A DNA stretch of 64,000 nt from Antedon mediterranea (lineage: Eukaryota; Animalia; Echinodermata). A program made the position numbers and the translations under genes. Below are positions 12,872 through 27,700 of this stretch, piece by piece (the stretch's first letter is position 1; each line of letters starts with the position of its first letter). Below the pieces are notes generated by a model. The model worked only from the letters and a program-made list of their open reading frames with translations, searched no databases and had not been told where the DNA came from. The DNA lies in NCBI RefSeq assembly GCF_964355755.1, contig NC_092678.1:7766422-7830421 (forward strand), read 5' to 3'.

Positions 12872-13147
12872 CTAATATTAAAACAAACGGAAAAGCATGA
12901 AACTAAACTATAAGCAACAATCTGAACTTAATTAAAACTCATAAAAAAAAACACCATTTAAAAAAAAATGGAGAATCTATATTTATAGAGAGATCTGTAT
13001 CTTGTTTTACACATTACAAAAAGCAACTTTAGAATATTATACATAATATACACTTACAGTGGCAAAAATAAATGAATATAAATATCATAAAAGGATGCAT
13101 TTTAATACATTAGAGTAAGGTTTTCAGTACACCATGTGATCATTTAA

Positions 13148-13484
13148 AGATGTATTGTCTCCCTGAAAAATAATGTTTTAATTTATTTTTTGTTGAATAT
13201 GCCATTTTAATGTCACATAATAGTTATTCAGTTTGACCAAAAATTGGATCTAAACAAAATTTATTTACCTGAAAAAACTATAATTTAAAGCAAAAATGGT
13301 CAAATTGGCTGCCAGCCAATGGATTTTTGGTTGAATTTAACCATTTAATACGTTATTTTATAAGTGAGAACATTTTTTTTCCTATGGATGGAAGTGATTA
13401 ACTTTATTAAAACTACAAAATCACCTATTCAAAGTCTGATTTAATTAATCTTCATTTTTCATGTTTTTGGGGGACAATACATCT
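13148..13484. mobile_element. TTAA-flanked MITE (Kolobok-like)
   Basis: TTAA|AGATGTATTGTC ... GACAATACATCT|TTAA; related copies at 6686, 31166-31487 and a partial one at ~54110. Confidence 0.82.
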
Positions 13485-15792
13485 TTAACAATATACACAA
13501 ACAAAGGTTTCAGTATTAACAAAAATAGGCAAGTTTGTTTGATTAACACACAGTTTTTGTAAGTAAAACAAAGTAAAAAACAAATAACTTTTCATAAACT
13601 GGATAACATAATTAGTACCAGGCCTAGTAGCAATGGCATGGCAGAAAGCACAGTATAAATGATGTTATAGTTTATATTTTTAAAAGTAAAATAATATATT
13701 GCACATAAATGAAAGACACAGTTAGCAACAATATTGATAGAGAGACAGTACTAAAAGGTTATATAAACTGAACAATACACAACTTCAAAGGATGAGTATT
13801 TGCATGGGAAAGATTGATATAGGTTACTGCTAGTATTATATCTGGGATAGTAATACTATGAAACATTATCTAAAAGGGTCCTACAAAAAAACGAAGCTAC
13901 AGCTTTTTTATGTAGGATCCTTGTTATCAGTTGTATTGCAATTATGATGTAATTGATGACTAAATAAATGTTGAATAAATTGAATTGAATTGTAAATATC
14001 ATTATTGTTATGATTCTATGATAACAAAGAAGATTAAATACCATTGCCAATACAAAATAGGAATACACATGGTGCGATAACGAAACTGTAGTTCCGGGGG
14101 AATTTCCAGATAACTCGGTAATTAATCGTTCTAATTCTGGATTTAGAAAGTTGATCCGGCACATTGGCAGGGTACACACCAGCCATTCGGGACTGTGTAG
14201 TTTGTTTTCAAGTATGCAAAGGATTTCATGAGAATTATATGTAAATCATGCAACTGTATTTTTGTACAGTGGTGTTTTTGCAAACAAATGGATGTTCCAT
14301 TTCATGTCGCCAGCAGCATGTTCCGGATGCTTAAAAATGTTGTAAACACAACCATAAATTGATGAGAGATAAATTTACACAATATTAATTTTAGCAGCAT
14401 GTAAAAAGAAAATATATATTATTAACTACATTCATATGTGTCCCGTTTAAATCATACCGTGAATTTGTGTATCATGTGATTGTATAATCTTTGAATGTAA
14501 ATTCAAAAAGCAATGAAAGCACTCAGAAACTGAGTGAAGTACTTGGCAAAATATTGCCACAAAAGCTGCATGTTGATATGTCTGCCCATGTTAAAAGAAT
14601 AACAAATTCTTTTTTTTTTGTTATTTATGAAGTTATTAATGAACCAATTTTCTTCAATAAACATGTTCTGTAATAAGTATATACATATTTACACCGAAAA
14701 TGATGACTTGAAAATGTTAACAAACAAACATACAAAGAGAATGTTGCCTATTAATAAATCCATGCAATACAGTGTTGCTACTAAAAAGACATGTAAAATA
14801 TTGACCAAAGTGAAAAAGAATATTAAAAAAGACACATTTAACCACAACAAACCATACAATTGGCATATTCAATTGGGAACTTTTGAATATTCAAAATGGA
14901 AATGTTAATAAGCACAACTTTCACTATCCAACAAGAAAACAGTACTCAATGGAAAGTCCCCAATCAGATACGCCAAATGCAAAAGAAATTACAAACAAAA
15001 TAGAACAATCAGTTACAAGGAAAACTAACCTGGGTTGCTGCTAAATGTTCTATGAAAAGCATGAATTAAGGAATATTGTCACATAAATAGAATAGTTTTG
15101 AATATGGTGATTGAAGAATAATGTTACAAAAATAGTTTTGAATAATGATTACATATGGCAAACTCAGTCATGCATGACACTATCATTACATGGTGCAGAC
15201 CTTATAGACTATCTCAGAAAACCATAATAACAACATATCATTTTAAAAAATGATTCTAAAAAATACTGTAAATGCAAAACTAAAAATTTATAATCATAAT
15301 TATTAACATTCACCCTTTGTTAAAAATGGGTAAATAATGTTTTTGTGAAAGACAGTTATTTCTCCCAATACCAGACTCTCTAATTATGGAAATGGAAACA
15401 CTTGAAAATCAGAATTTGTTTGAGGTTCAAAAGGTTCCAAATTCCTGTGTACCTTTTTTAAAACACATGTAGCATACAACTTGTCTGGTAAACAAGACAT
15501 ACAGCATTAGGCCACCTGTCTGGTATTGAAAGAGTTGCAAAGAGATCATGTCAACATTATTCTACTGCAGTTTACTACATTTTTATACTGCAGTAACAAA
15601 TAATTTTAGTTTATTTCATAGACGTTTTATAGACGGTTATAAGGCCACTGCAATAAGCAGTATCATTAACCTTCACCCTCCCCTCACAAAAAAAAAAAAA
15701 TTGGCTAAATAATTGCATAAACAGGTTAAAGAGTAAAAAAAAACGTAGTTACTGTAGTAACTGCAGTAGAATAATTTTGATGGAGTGCGAAA

Positions 15793-18700
15793 CTACGTTG
15801 AGTAAACAGTAACGCCATTTGGACCTGTGCTTATAAAATGGTTCTTATCGACAGAATGATGTTGGTATTTTACTCTATAATTATTCCCATTTGGGTGTAT
15901 ATTACGTACAGACTTTAACCGATTTAAATTGGAAGTTGTGATTAACTTTTTAGGCATAGGAAATTGATAAGATCCGATATTTGGAATTTCTGTGACGCCT
16001 TCTTCTACGGTGCTATTAAAGACGGTATAAGCTTTGACAACCTTTTTCTTCTTTTTCTTTGGTTTTATATTGGCTAGAGCACCATGTGAACTTAACCTTA
16101 AGTCTAATTTGGAATTCTCTTCTAGTTCAATGTCACTGCCAACAACATCTGATGACTGTATATTAATATTTGTACCTGTAAGTTTCTTTTGTACTTCTTC
16201 TAAACTTGTGTTAGATTTGCTACCATCTGCTCCCTTAGCTTCTCTGCCCTCTTTAATTGATTTTGCTTTATTTACAAGTCTTGTTCGTTCAGCATGTAAC
16301 TTTGTGTCCATAGTTCGAGGACCGAACATGTTTGGTGTACTCTTTTGCCGAGTAAGGTAACTTGGTTTTTTGATTGTGGCTCCTTCTACTGATAAATTCA
16401 TTCCTATATAAGGTGGTGCAGCCCCTTGTGCCTACAGATACAAAAATAACAAATTATTACTGTATTCTGTTGTAAGAAGTCAGTTCAGCCTAACAGGTTT
16501 GAGCCTGTCCTTCAGATGGAATGTAAAGAACTTTGTACACTATTTGAAAAGAGTTTGTCTCCCAAATTATTACTATGTTATTATGTAAGATCAGTTCAGC
16601 CTCAACAGGCCTGTCTATGAATTGTATCTTTAAGCAAGATGCTTTATTATCATTGCCTCATCCTTCTGATGGGATGTAAAGCTGTGTACATTCAGTGCAT
16701 GTGAAAGAACTTGGTACATTATTCAAAAAGTGTAGGGGATCATCTCCTGGTGTACTGATCTGGTAGGCTTTGCATTGCTGGCTGCATTGGACCATAGAGG
16801 GCCTCATACAAATTTAAGCTTGAGGATGACAATAAATACCTTTACCTTTAATAAAGCACACAAAAAGGAAAACAATAGTGAAATTTGCTTTATATGACTA
16901 GGGTTTTGAAAATAAAAATGATTTTGGTGTACCTGTTTGTATGCCAGTTCAAAGTGTCCTGTGTCACAGGTCTTGTCCTGCCTCCTGTCCAAGACAATCT
17001 TCATGGTGTCCTCAATGACATCAAAGCACATCTGCTCTGTGATCTTTGTCGTTGCACCCATTGCAGGACTAGAGTTGATCTCAATCAACCACGGTTTGAA
17101 GTCTTCTGTTAACATAAAGTCTGCACCATACACCTCAAATGAGTGCTGTTGGAAGAAGAAAAAAGATTTATGCTACAATACTTAATAGTTTGATTCTACT
17201 ATGCTTTTTGGGCTAAATTACATGATTTAATGTTTTCTATATAGTAGAAGCCTTCATTGGGACACCCCCAATTTAAGAGACATACCTATTCAGGCAACAC
17301 TCCTATTCTGGGGATACTCCTATTCATGGGATACTCCTATTCAAGGGACATTCCTATTCTGAGGATACTCCTATTCAAGGGACATTCCTATTCTGAGGAT
17401 ACTCCTATTCAGTGGATACTCCTATTCAGGGGACACTCCTATTTAGAGGACATCCCTATTAGGAAAACTCCTACTCAGAGGACACTCCTTTTAAAGAGTC
17501 ATCTTACAAACCTTTCGTGGCTCAACAATATCTTGGGCGCAAAGTAAGGCATCAATAATGGCTCTTTTCATGCCAGGATAAACCAGATCCATCCAGACGT
17601 TGCCACAATCTCTCCCTTCTAAGTACTCGCAGAATTGAGCACTGGTCCACATGTTGTCGTCTGGCAGCTCAGTAGAACGGGTTGGATTGTTGCTGTAATG
17701 CTTTTGCACGGATTGGTTAGAAAGATGAATGGCCCTATTAAAAATAAATTACAACATTAACTATAATTGCACTATCATATAATATATCCATGTTTGAGTA
17801 TAATTCCTACCCCTGGATCTGTTCACTTTGAGACAAAGCGATATTTCTAAAGGCAACACTGAGTATAATACTGCTCTCTGATTTTCATCAAACGTTGTAC
17901 TCGGGTATACTCTGGTTATAATAATGATAATATCTTCGTTTTATAGAGTGCCTAATGTTGTGAAACCTCTAAGCATTGTACATACAGTATTACCCTAATC
18001 ATTTTTGGATCAAACACGTATGGAAACATATTCCCATAATGAAGTAAGTAATCAGCACAAAGTCTTGACTTTACCAGGTACCCATTTGTACACCTGGGTA
18101 AAGTAAAGTGTCTTGCCTATAGGATACAAGCAATGCTGGATTCAAACCCACAATCTTACGATTAGTAATCAAACGTATAACACACTTACAGTACTTAATT
18201 ACACGAGCAAGTACTTACGTATCAAAATCATCTAGTGTATACGGCTGTGTACAAAATCTCAAATAGCAGTCTTTATAAAACCAAATAGTCAATGCGTTCC
18301 AATCTGTTACTAAAAACCATTGACGAATATCGAACTTTGTATTATAAACCAAGAGAGGGCGCTCTATATATTTCTGAACAACCCATTTTCCTTCCTTCTG
18401 GACCATAGGGTTGCCTACAAGTTTTACGATGTCTTCTAGTCGGTTCATACACATTATTCCTAAGAAAATATAAACAGAAATTAACATTTACCGTATTGTC
18501 CATTTCAAATTATCAATGATTCCTGCATGTACACAACGCAATGATGTAAGCACAAGTGACAGTTCAGATAACCAATTATGTCATGATTGTTCAAATTACC
18601 TTAGGGCCAGAATATGCAACCTATACACATACTATTCAGAAACTGTGTGGGCAGTATGTGAAGTCAATGTGCAAATTGCGAACTTTGTGCCATTTTCTGC

Positions 18701-21700
18701 ACGGACATGTCCATGATGCATAAAAATTGCGCATATTTTATGAATTGTTCAAAAATGTTATAATACGTTGACAATTTTAGTATGCACTGTCCCGCAAATC
18801 GCTATGCACAATACATACATTGCATCCAGATCAGTAAAAGACTTATTTGCTGCAACGGGCTGACTTTAATAACATGGATACTGAATTCTACACATGATAT
18901 TAAATGTCTTTATTACTGTACCTCTTCCCCTTGATTTTGCTCCAGGTTTTATTATCCATACGTTTTTTACACCATCTAGGTCCAGCTGTGGTAAGTGTGG
19001 TTTAAGACGGTTCACAAGATCCTGGCTGTAATCAACATACGTTGCTGACTTGCATATACTACCGCCTTCACTGTTATAAAAGGATTGATACTAATAGTTA
19101 TTAAAAAAAAAAAATATGATTAGAAAGAAGACTTCAAAGGTGTTTTATGCTTTTAAATTTTTGATTACTTTTCTTTGAACAATTAGTACAATTCTGTATT
19201 AGAAATTACTAGTTTGACTAATAGTACTAATTACAAAGCAAACAATTGCACAACCAGCCAAAACTCAGAAAATGTTTTATGTATTCATGAGCACTTGAAA
19301 ATGAAAATCTCAAGTTATTCCCTCTTGTATTGAAAAATTTAAAAACTATTTTTAAAATGTGTGGAAAAACAGGCTTAAAGATCTGTCTAGACTATCAAAT
19401 TTAATGTGACAAAAATGTGATGTGCTCATATATGGACATGATGATGTCATAACTAACATATTTGGGCACATTTTTTTGTTACATAAAGTTTGATAGTGTA
19501 GACAGACCTTAAAGTTTGGTTCCCACTAGCGACGTAATGTAATGCAATCAACGCAACGTAAGCAAATGCCCTTCTAATAATTGTGTTTGCCCCCGCCTGC
19601 GTGAAATCAAACCTGCGATGTTTGCAGCACTATTGCGTTGTCGGTTCCCATTTGTAATTACGCAATACAACACTTTGTGTCAATACATCGCCGCATTGCG
19701 TTCTATTGGGAACCATGCTTTAGTCTTCAAAGTAGCTACAGCTAAATGGCTAGGCAACCTGATAGGTTTACATTGATAATTCAATGGGTTGTTTACTTCT
19801 ACAACGTAGCCATGAAGTGCACACATAGGAAACATTGCAGCATACTTACAATATTAATTGATAGTACTGTTGTATAAAATCGTCCCATTGTTGGGCTGTG
19901 AATAATGGAGGGGTGTCTAGTGGAATATCAATATCACTATGCTCTCGTTCTTCTAAAAACATGTCCACAATCTTACAGCTCATTTCTATCAGCGAAGGCG
20001 GTAAAACTTTCTTTGTTTTCTTCGTTTTTGCTTTTACAGGTGATTGTACTACAAATAAACAAATACTTTTTCGTCAAATATTTCTCATTTAACAAATGGA
20101 AATTGAGAAAGTATGGTCATTGGAAAAAAAGAAGTGGAAGCTTGGTGATGGGTAATAACAGAGATATTTGTAAAGGGAAGGAGAGGCAGAATGGAATGGA
20201 TAGTGGTCTGACTGAACCCAACAAGCTGCTTTCAATAGGAATATCTATGGTCTAAGAACTATGGCAAATAAACAGAATTGATAGTTCTAGCAGGTAAATC
20301 ATGAAACAAATACGGAAGCGTCAACTATGGGCTTACCTGAAGTTGATACTTTAGTTTCGTCATTTGGTGCTGGTGGGCAAGGCGTCGCAGCATTTGATTG
20401 ACAGTTCTCATCTAACGACGTATCATCTAAATTAGTTTCACAATTTTCTACGACCCATTTTAGGATACTTATTGCAGCAGTTAATCTATAATCGTCTAAA
20501 GGTAAAATATTAATAATATTAATATAATTTTACTATAATTATAGGCTAGTGTCTACGTGAGTATAAATAAATTAAGGTTGAAAAAATTTGGAATTGTAAT
20601 TTAGAGATTTTAGTGTAGTTTGAATGTTCTCACCTATGAAAGCGTTTTTCTCTTCTTCACTGCACACCTTATAACATCTTGGAAAAAACTCATCTGGATT
20701 GATATTGTCAAACCAATGTAGATTACGTAGGTTTGTACATAAGCCAACCTTGAAATAATATTAAAAAAACAAATGGTAAAATAACTGTTGAATATGACGT
20801 ACTTACACCCTCTGACTGAAGCAAAACATACAGGCTGTAGCCTATGGTCACGATGTATTCATTTGCCAATTTTAAATTAATGTTGATTATGATAGTGATC
20901 ATGTATTTATTATTTTTACAGAGCAATCCAGGTAGTAGGTAGATAGAGTTTAAATTTCTGCACATACAAATGAAGGATATCATTGTTAATAATATATAAC
21001 TACATACAATACATAACACATAAAACATTAAAAATAAAAAATAAACAACTACTTACTTTTGTAGTAAAAGAACCATTTTTTGCAAAATGATTAACAATGG
21101 TGTCTTTTCGTAATAATTTAAAGTCTATTGAATCTCTGCGACAGGTCCACATAAAGTTGGGAGCGGCATTGCGTACAACACGTGACTGAAAAAAAACCAC
21201 CAATATTTTTATGTTATTGTGCAGGCAATAATTTCGCCAGTGAAGCATAGCAAAAAGCTATACAAAACAACCATATTGCTACACATTTCGCAAATTGTGT
21301 AGCAAAAAATGCAATACAAAACTATGTTTCTTGACTCAACAATCAGTTTGATTAGTAGTTTTGCTAAACAAAATTTTTCAATGAAATTTGTCCCTGTTGT
21401 TATGCTTCTGAAAAACAAGGCAGATGTTTTCTAACACTCACATGTGTTTAATGGCAGTCAATGAAATGTGTGTGATAGTAACATTTTCATCTCAGAATGT
21501 TATACGGATAAAATGTAAAGCCGTTGGTCCTGTGTACACACTGCGCATAAACAGTAGTGCATGTTAAAAAATGTGGTACACTATTGGAAAAGGTGTGCTG
21601 ATCTGGATAGGCTATGCTCTGCTGGCTGCTGTGGTTCGTAGATGACCCAAATCCGAATTTTCAGTTAAGTTTGAGGACAATCATAATTACGTTTACATAG

Positions 21701-24700
21701 GTTCAGTAACAAAGAGTATTTTTGTTATTGAATTTGTTTTTGAACAACAAAGTCACAAAACAAAAAATATAATAACGAAAAGTATAATGACCATCCATCT
21801 ACCTGCAGTGTATGTAAGGTTTGAATGTTCTTATAAAGAATAATAATAAAGTAAACTAAATTACCATTGTGCCATATAATCCATCTGAATCACCAGGGAA
21901 ACCATCCTCCTCATCACTATCACCATGGCAACCATTGTCTTGATCCTGATCATCTAGAAAAAAAACAAGAAATTATTGAAAACCGAAAAACTGGATATAA
22001 ATGCAATTGGTATAAAAATGTCTCTTAAAAACATAAGAAACTTCACAACCATCCACACCTACAACACTAAATCCCTTCAGACCAAAGTTATATTAATTTA
22101 CAATAAAAAATAGTGCCCCATTGATTACTTTATACATGTGATGTATCAAGTCTAGGGACAAACAACCTGCAGCAATCTTCATCCCATATGAAATACTGTA
22201 GTATACAGTAGTGAAAGATTGTTTAAAAAAGGTAAAGTTATTTATTATCATCCTCAAGCTTAACTGGAAACTCAGGAAATTCAGATTAGGCCTTCTACAG
22301 ACCCATGGCAGTCAGATCAGCACACCAGGAGATTATTTCCTAATGTTTTCGGATAATGTACTAAGTTCTTTAACGTGCACTATATTTACACAGGTTATTA
22401 TAGTTGGTATGGGTATGTTGAGATGAGATTGAGATGTTGAGATATCCTCAACAGACATGATACAGCAGGATGTTTATTGTCGCTAGACAAGATACTGTAC
22501 AAGAATTGCAAACTAGGGCCTGTCATTTATTAATTGGTACAATCAAACTCACCATCATTATCCGAATCATCAGAATCATAATCACTAGTTGCCATTTTCT
22601 TAGCCTTGTGAGTGTGGGGTGCCATGCTCCTATACTGCTTCTCAACCCACTCACGATTCCTCAAACATTCACGAACAACAGGATACGGGCCTTGGATTGA
22701 AAACACCTTTTTTAACTGTAAACAGAAAATGGGAATTAATTATACATGCCTATGTCAAGTAGAGATAATTGATTGCACAAGCTTTTTATGCCTAATTTGG
22801 ATTTGATTGCATCCGCAATGTCAGCCGAAGTAGATTACATTTAATTAGCGAGAGATAATGCAGTAGCCTACTATGAGTAGCTTGGTGTAATGTTTAAAAC
22901 AAATATACATGTTCTTGTATACTGTAAGGTTTTATGAAATGCTGTAAAAAAACATCACTCTATATTTAATAAGTCTTTAGTACAAGACAGTGGGCCAAGT
23001 ACGCGATTTAATTTTTCGTACGTTGGGGACCTCTTATGTGAAAGATAGCCAAACTACTTTCTAAATATAACTAAACCTTACCCTTCTTAATAATCTCTAT
23101 CTCACTATAGTATAAAGTAAAAAGAAGTAGCTTATGGGATTCAAACCCTATACATCGACATGTAAAGTCCATATTATTATAATCCACTTTTCTACACAGA
23201 CGGCTCGATAGAAAGGGTTTGCATTTGCGAATTGTACAGTAGTTAGGCTCGAAATTCTTACCTCACACCTTATGGATATGACTAATGAACATTCATGTTT
23301 ATTTTGTGACGTTTCATGAGGGGTCCTCCACTAATGTACAAAAAGAAATATCGCGCCCAGTACAGCAGTGTAAGACAAGCCCTACTCTTTTCGAATAGTG
23401 TAACCCATCATGCAAGGTAAATACACACGAGACCCAGCTTTACATCCTATCTGAAGGACAATTAGAGCAAAGTATCTTGCCTAAAGATACAAGCAATAGG
23501 GACTTTACAAAGGAGGACAACGGTACCGACAGTATCTCTCTCCCTCCCCTGTCTCGTGGCGTTGGGGCCCTTCTAAATCGCTTGGCTCTGGTGGAACAGC
23601 ATAGGTTAAGCCTTTCTAGTTAGGAGCCTTGCATTCAAATGCCGCACAGAATGTATTGCTTTTAACACAGCCATTTTAACCAAATAAAAATGTTATTTCA
23701 TTAAACAATTACATTAGTTAGTTAAAATATTATTTAGAGCTTTGAAATTTTCACGTTTAGGTGTAATTTGAACTGTATATTTTAAGTTATAATGTACATT
23801 ATTTCTAGTCGTTCTCCGTAAACGGGAAAATGGCAACTTTATTGTCCTTAAAAAGACGATGGAATTTCACACTAAGCTCCACCCACTTTGTTAAAGCTCA
23901 TGCATAAGTTATTCATGAGCACCGTCCTGTGGCTTCCCGTCCTGTTTCGTAAATTCCCTATACTGCTTGATTTTGATGCAAAGGAGAGATGTACTGTATA
24001 ATGTAAAGTGAAATTCAAAGGAAGGAACTGTTTATGTAGTTAATTTATGCAAGCATTCACTTATTGTTCCTTTATCTTGTCTATTGTGGCTTTTGTATTG
24101 TCTTTGGTGTATGTCTGCATTTACTGAATGGTTTTTTCTTTTGGTTATAAGTAAACAAATGTCAATAATAATATTAGAATATTTATTTATTTAATGAGAT
24201 GCAAATAAATAAACAAAAAAACCTTTAGGTATGGAATACCATCCCACCAGGTACTGTATGTTCAAAGTTGTGCACTTAAGCGGTAATACTGTAAGATCGT
24301 ATTGATTTAATTTATATTCAACAAGTTCAAAGTCACATCCAGTATATTAACCCCATGTACATATACAGTCAACTCTCCAAATAGCAGACACACTTCGGCT
24401 GGCTTAATATGTCTGGTTTTAAATGTGTTTTAAAGGTAACAAAGAATTTGGGACCTTTTTGACCTCAAGAGAAGTTCTGGTTTTCAGAAAGTCCGGTATT
24501 GGGAGAGTTGACTGTACTATTGCACACTATGCTGTAATTCCAAATTTTATTTGACATTTGACCTTTAAAATACAGTAATTATGCCTACTGTAGCGACAAC
24601 CAGAAAATGGCTTACTGTATTAGTTCTCAGACTTACCTTAATAGCTTTCTCTGCATTCATTTTTGCAATTTGCATTTTGTCGAACATCAAAGAATTACTG

Positions 24701-27700
24701 TTGCTTAGTCGTTTAAGGTTGAACTTTGACCTACGTGGACTCATTTCAGGAGAAGATGTTGTTTTACTTCGAATATGCTCTTTAGGTGAGGATTTTGGTT
24801 CATTTTCTAAATACAATAACAAATTTAATTCTAGTTGTTTCGGAAATATAATACTGTATAGTGAGTATATTGTTAAATACTGTATGGACATATACATACA
24901 AATGTTGTATGCATTAATAGTATAATGAAGTTTACGATGAGTGCAATGGTACAAATACTTTCATGAAGTGAAAATAGAACATTTTATTTTTTAATGAATA
25001 TAATTGTTTCATTGCACAAATACAAAAACATTCATTTGTCATTCATAAGATCAAAATTATGATCTTTCGAGATTGTATTTTAATTTTAACAGGAATTAAT
25101 GCCCATAACACAATTTGAGTAGAGTCTTGATGTCACATGGGTTCAATGGAGTATTTATTGAATATCATATAGCCCACAATCCTCATCAAATGACAAAGAT
25201 CTACTTTACTTTGGTGTGATACAAATACTCCTGTTTATGAGTTGAACGAATTGCTGTTATATTTTTATTCAAATTCCACTTGGAAAGATATATCAAATTA
25301 TTATTATGGGACAAGAGCCATGTGAATGCTTCATCATCCCATGGTACAAATTGTACATGTACTTAGTAGATGGGTAGTGGAAGGGTAGAAAAGATAAATT
25401 ATTATTATGGAATAAGAGGCATGTTATAGATGTAAAAAAACCCCTTTCTTCACTCTCACCCTCTCAATCTGCCAATGTATGTCAATGGCTCATCCTATGG
25501 TACCAAGTGCACTTACCTTCAGGTGGATGGGTAGTGCTCCGCTTATGCACCCCTGATGGGCTGGTTTTCGGTAAGACTGGTTTTTGTTTCTTCATTACAC
25601 TTGTTGCTCCAGTAGATGAATAGGGACCTGCAAAATTAAATTAGCAAATGTTTTTTCTACAGTATTCCAACACATACTCATAAAGTACCTAAACAAAAAC
25701 TGACTATATCTTGAATATTTTTTTTTTATGGTAATTTAGAATTAATTTAAACTAACATCTGGCTTATGAATAAAAACACCATATCATCAATGAAAATAAT
25801 TCTAATAGAGAATAAAAAAAATAAATAAATAAACTATTGATTTATGGCATGCAATAGCTTGTATTTTTTTGTTAACAATTAAGGACGCAACACAAGGACG
25901 TAATGCAACGCAAGTGAATTGACCAATCACAAGCGATGGCTTATTCGCTATGTGCTAACTGTCTATAACTTCGCTTGTCATTGGTTAAAACGCTTGCGTT
26001 GCTTTTACGTCCTTGCGTTACGTTCTAGTGGGAACCAAGCTTTAATTATTTTGTTTGTATGTTTGTACAGACAGTACAAAAAATGCATAAATTGTGTTGA
26101 TTAATTGAGTAAGAGGTCCTCCTGTAAGGTAAACACCAAAAGGGAGTGAAAATGACATGCTTAGAAAAAATGTTTATATTGTATAGTAGTACACAATCTC
26201 TAGGCAAGCATTAAAAACACTACTGTAACAATTCTAAATTGATAAGTCTATACAATTTGAGTCTATGATGCACAGCTGTTGAAAACAATATTCAATTGTA
26301 GATAGAGGAAACATAATGAGCATGCAGGCAATACTTGTACTGTACCTTCATTAAGTCGTTGCAATTGATGCTTGGAAGGGCGTACTGGGTTCAACATATT
26401 GGAATGCATAGACACAGAACCGATAACACCCACTTTGACGCCATCTAGATCTGTTAGTTTTCTTCCGTAGTCGAGAATATTTGGAGATGAATTGGGTGTG
26501 CTCCACGCTAACTGCTGCTTCGAATTGTCAAGATTCTGAACGCAAAAAAAGAAACGAGAAGATTATTCATGAGAAATAGTGACTGTTGAGTGTTAGAAAA
26601 TCAGTGCAATATTTATGGTTATTGATATGATTGATATTGAATGATTGAAATTGATTGACAATGAGTGGTTCAAATTGATTGATAATGATATGGATTGATA
26701 ATGATTTAATATTGATTGATCATGATTGACTATATTAAATGATTGGCATAGATTGATATTAATGAATAAGATAATAATATCAAACCATATATCAATAATT
26801 ATCATCAATATTAATTATTGATTAATGATATTTATTGATGCATTGATATTGATTGTAAGTACAGTATTAAAGAATCATTTCCAATATTTTTTGATTGTTA
26901 TACAAAAATATCTGGCTAATTCTTTCAATTGTTTTCATATAATTTTTGTCATCATTCTAATCATTATCATCATCATCAAAATTATAATCATTGTTCATCA
27001 TCACTATTACAAACTGCTATTAAAGTGGGATTGATTATTAAATAATATCCAAATCATATTCCTAAAAAGAAATTATTCATTATCATAATACAAATAATGC
27101 ATACTGTACACAAGCTATCGTAGCCTGCCCGATACAAATAAAACAATTATGAAAAACTCACATTTTAATACACTTCTTGACATTTACTGTAAATGTACTA
27201 TTAATTAATTACAAACAGTAAAGATACAAAATGAACTCTCCATAAAATGTAGAGAAGGAATATCAACGGTTACATAAATCTGACTATAATACACTACAGT
27301 CAATGCAGAGCCGGTTAGTGCTGGCTTTTGCTAAATGAAAATATATTCTAATGATGTACCTTCTCCTCGATGACTCATACAGAGAGGCAATCAGCATGAA
27401 CTATAATAGATGCATGCACGCAGCGTGTTAGTATGTCAAATACTGTACGACACTTTGTGTTTTAATTGATTATTGTCAATACTACAGTACATTGAGACTG
27501 GGAGAGCTTTAAATAAATTTGTTTAAAACAATATTTTCATATTTCAAAGAAATCAATAATTATTTGTCTAGTCAATCTCAACATAGATTTGACAACAGGT
27601 CAATTAACATAATGATTGGAATGGTATAAGAATATTTCTCAAAAAAAACTTAAATTGTTGGCCTATACCCACCCAATCATTTATTTAAATAATGGAGCTG

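Noticed and set aside
17257-17547. ORF with repeated TPI/ILLF motifs; CRISPR-like appearance
   Set aside because: Plain 17-bp tandem repeat without unique spacers, inside a eukaryotic intron.
26593-27034. Ile/Asn-rich ORFs
   Set aside because: Products of low-complexity ATTG/ATC repeats.
27360-27410. Possible extra TTLL3 exon with AG/GT sites
   Set aside because: Flanking exons already join in phase 0 and I could not support this segment with any motif; at most an alternative or UTR exon.
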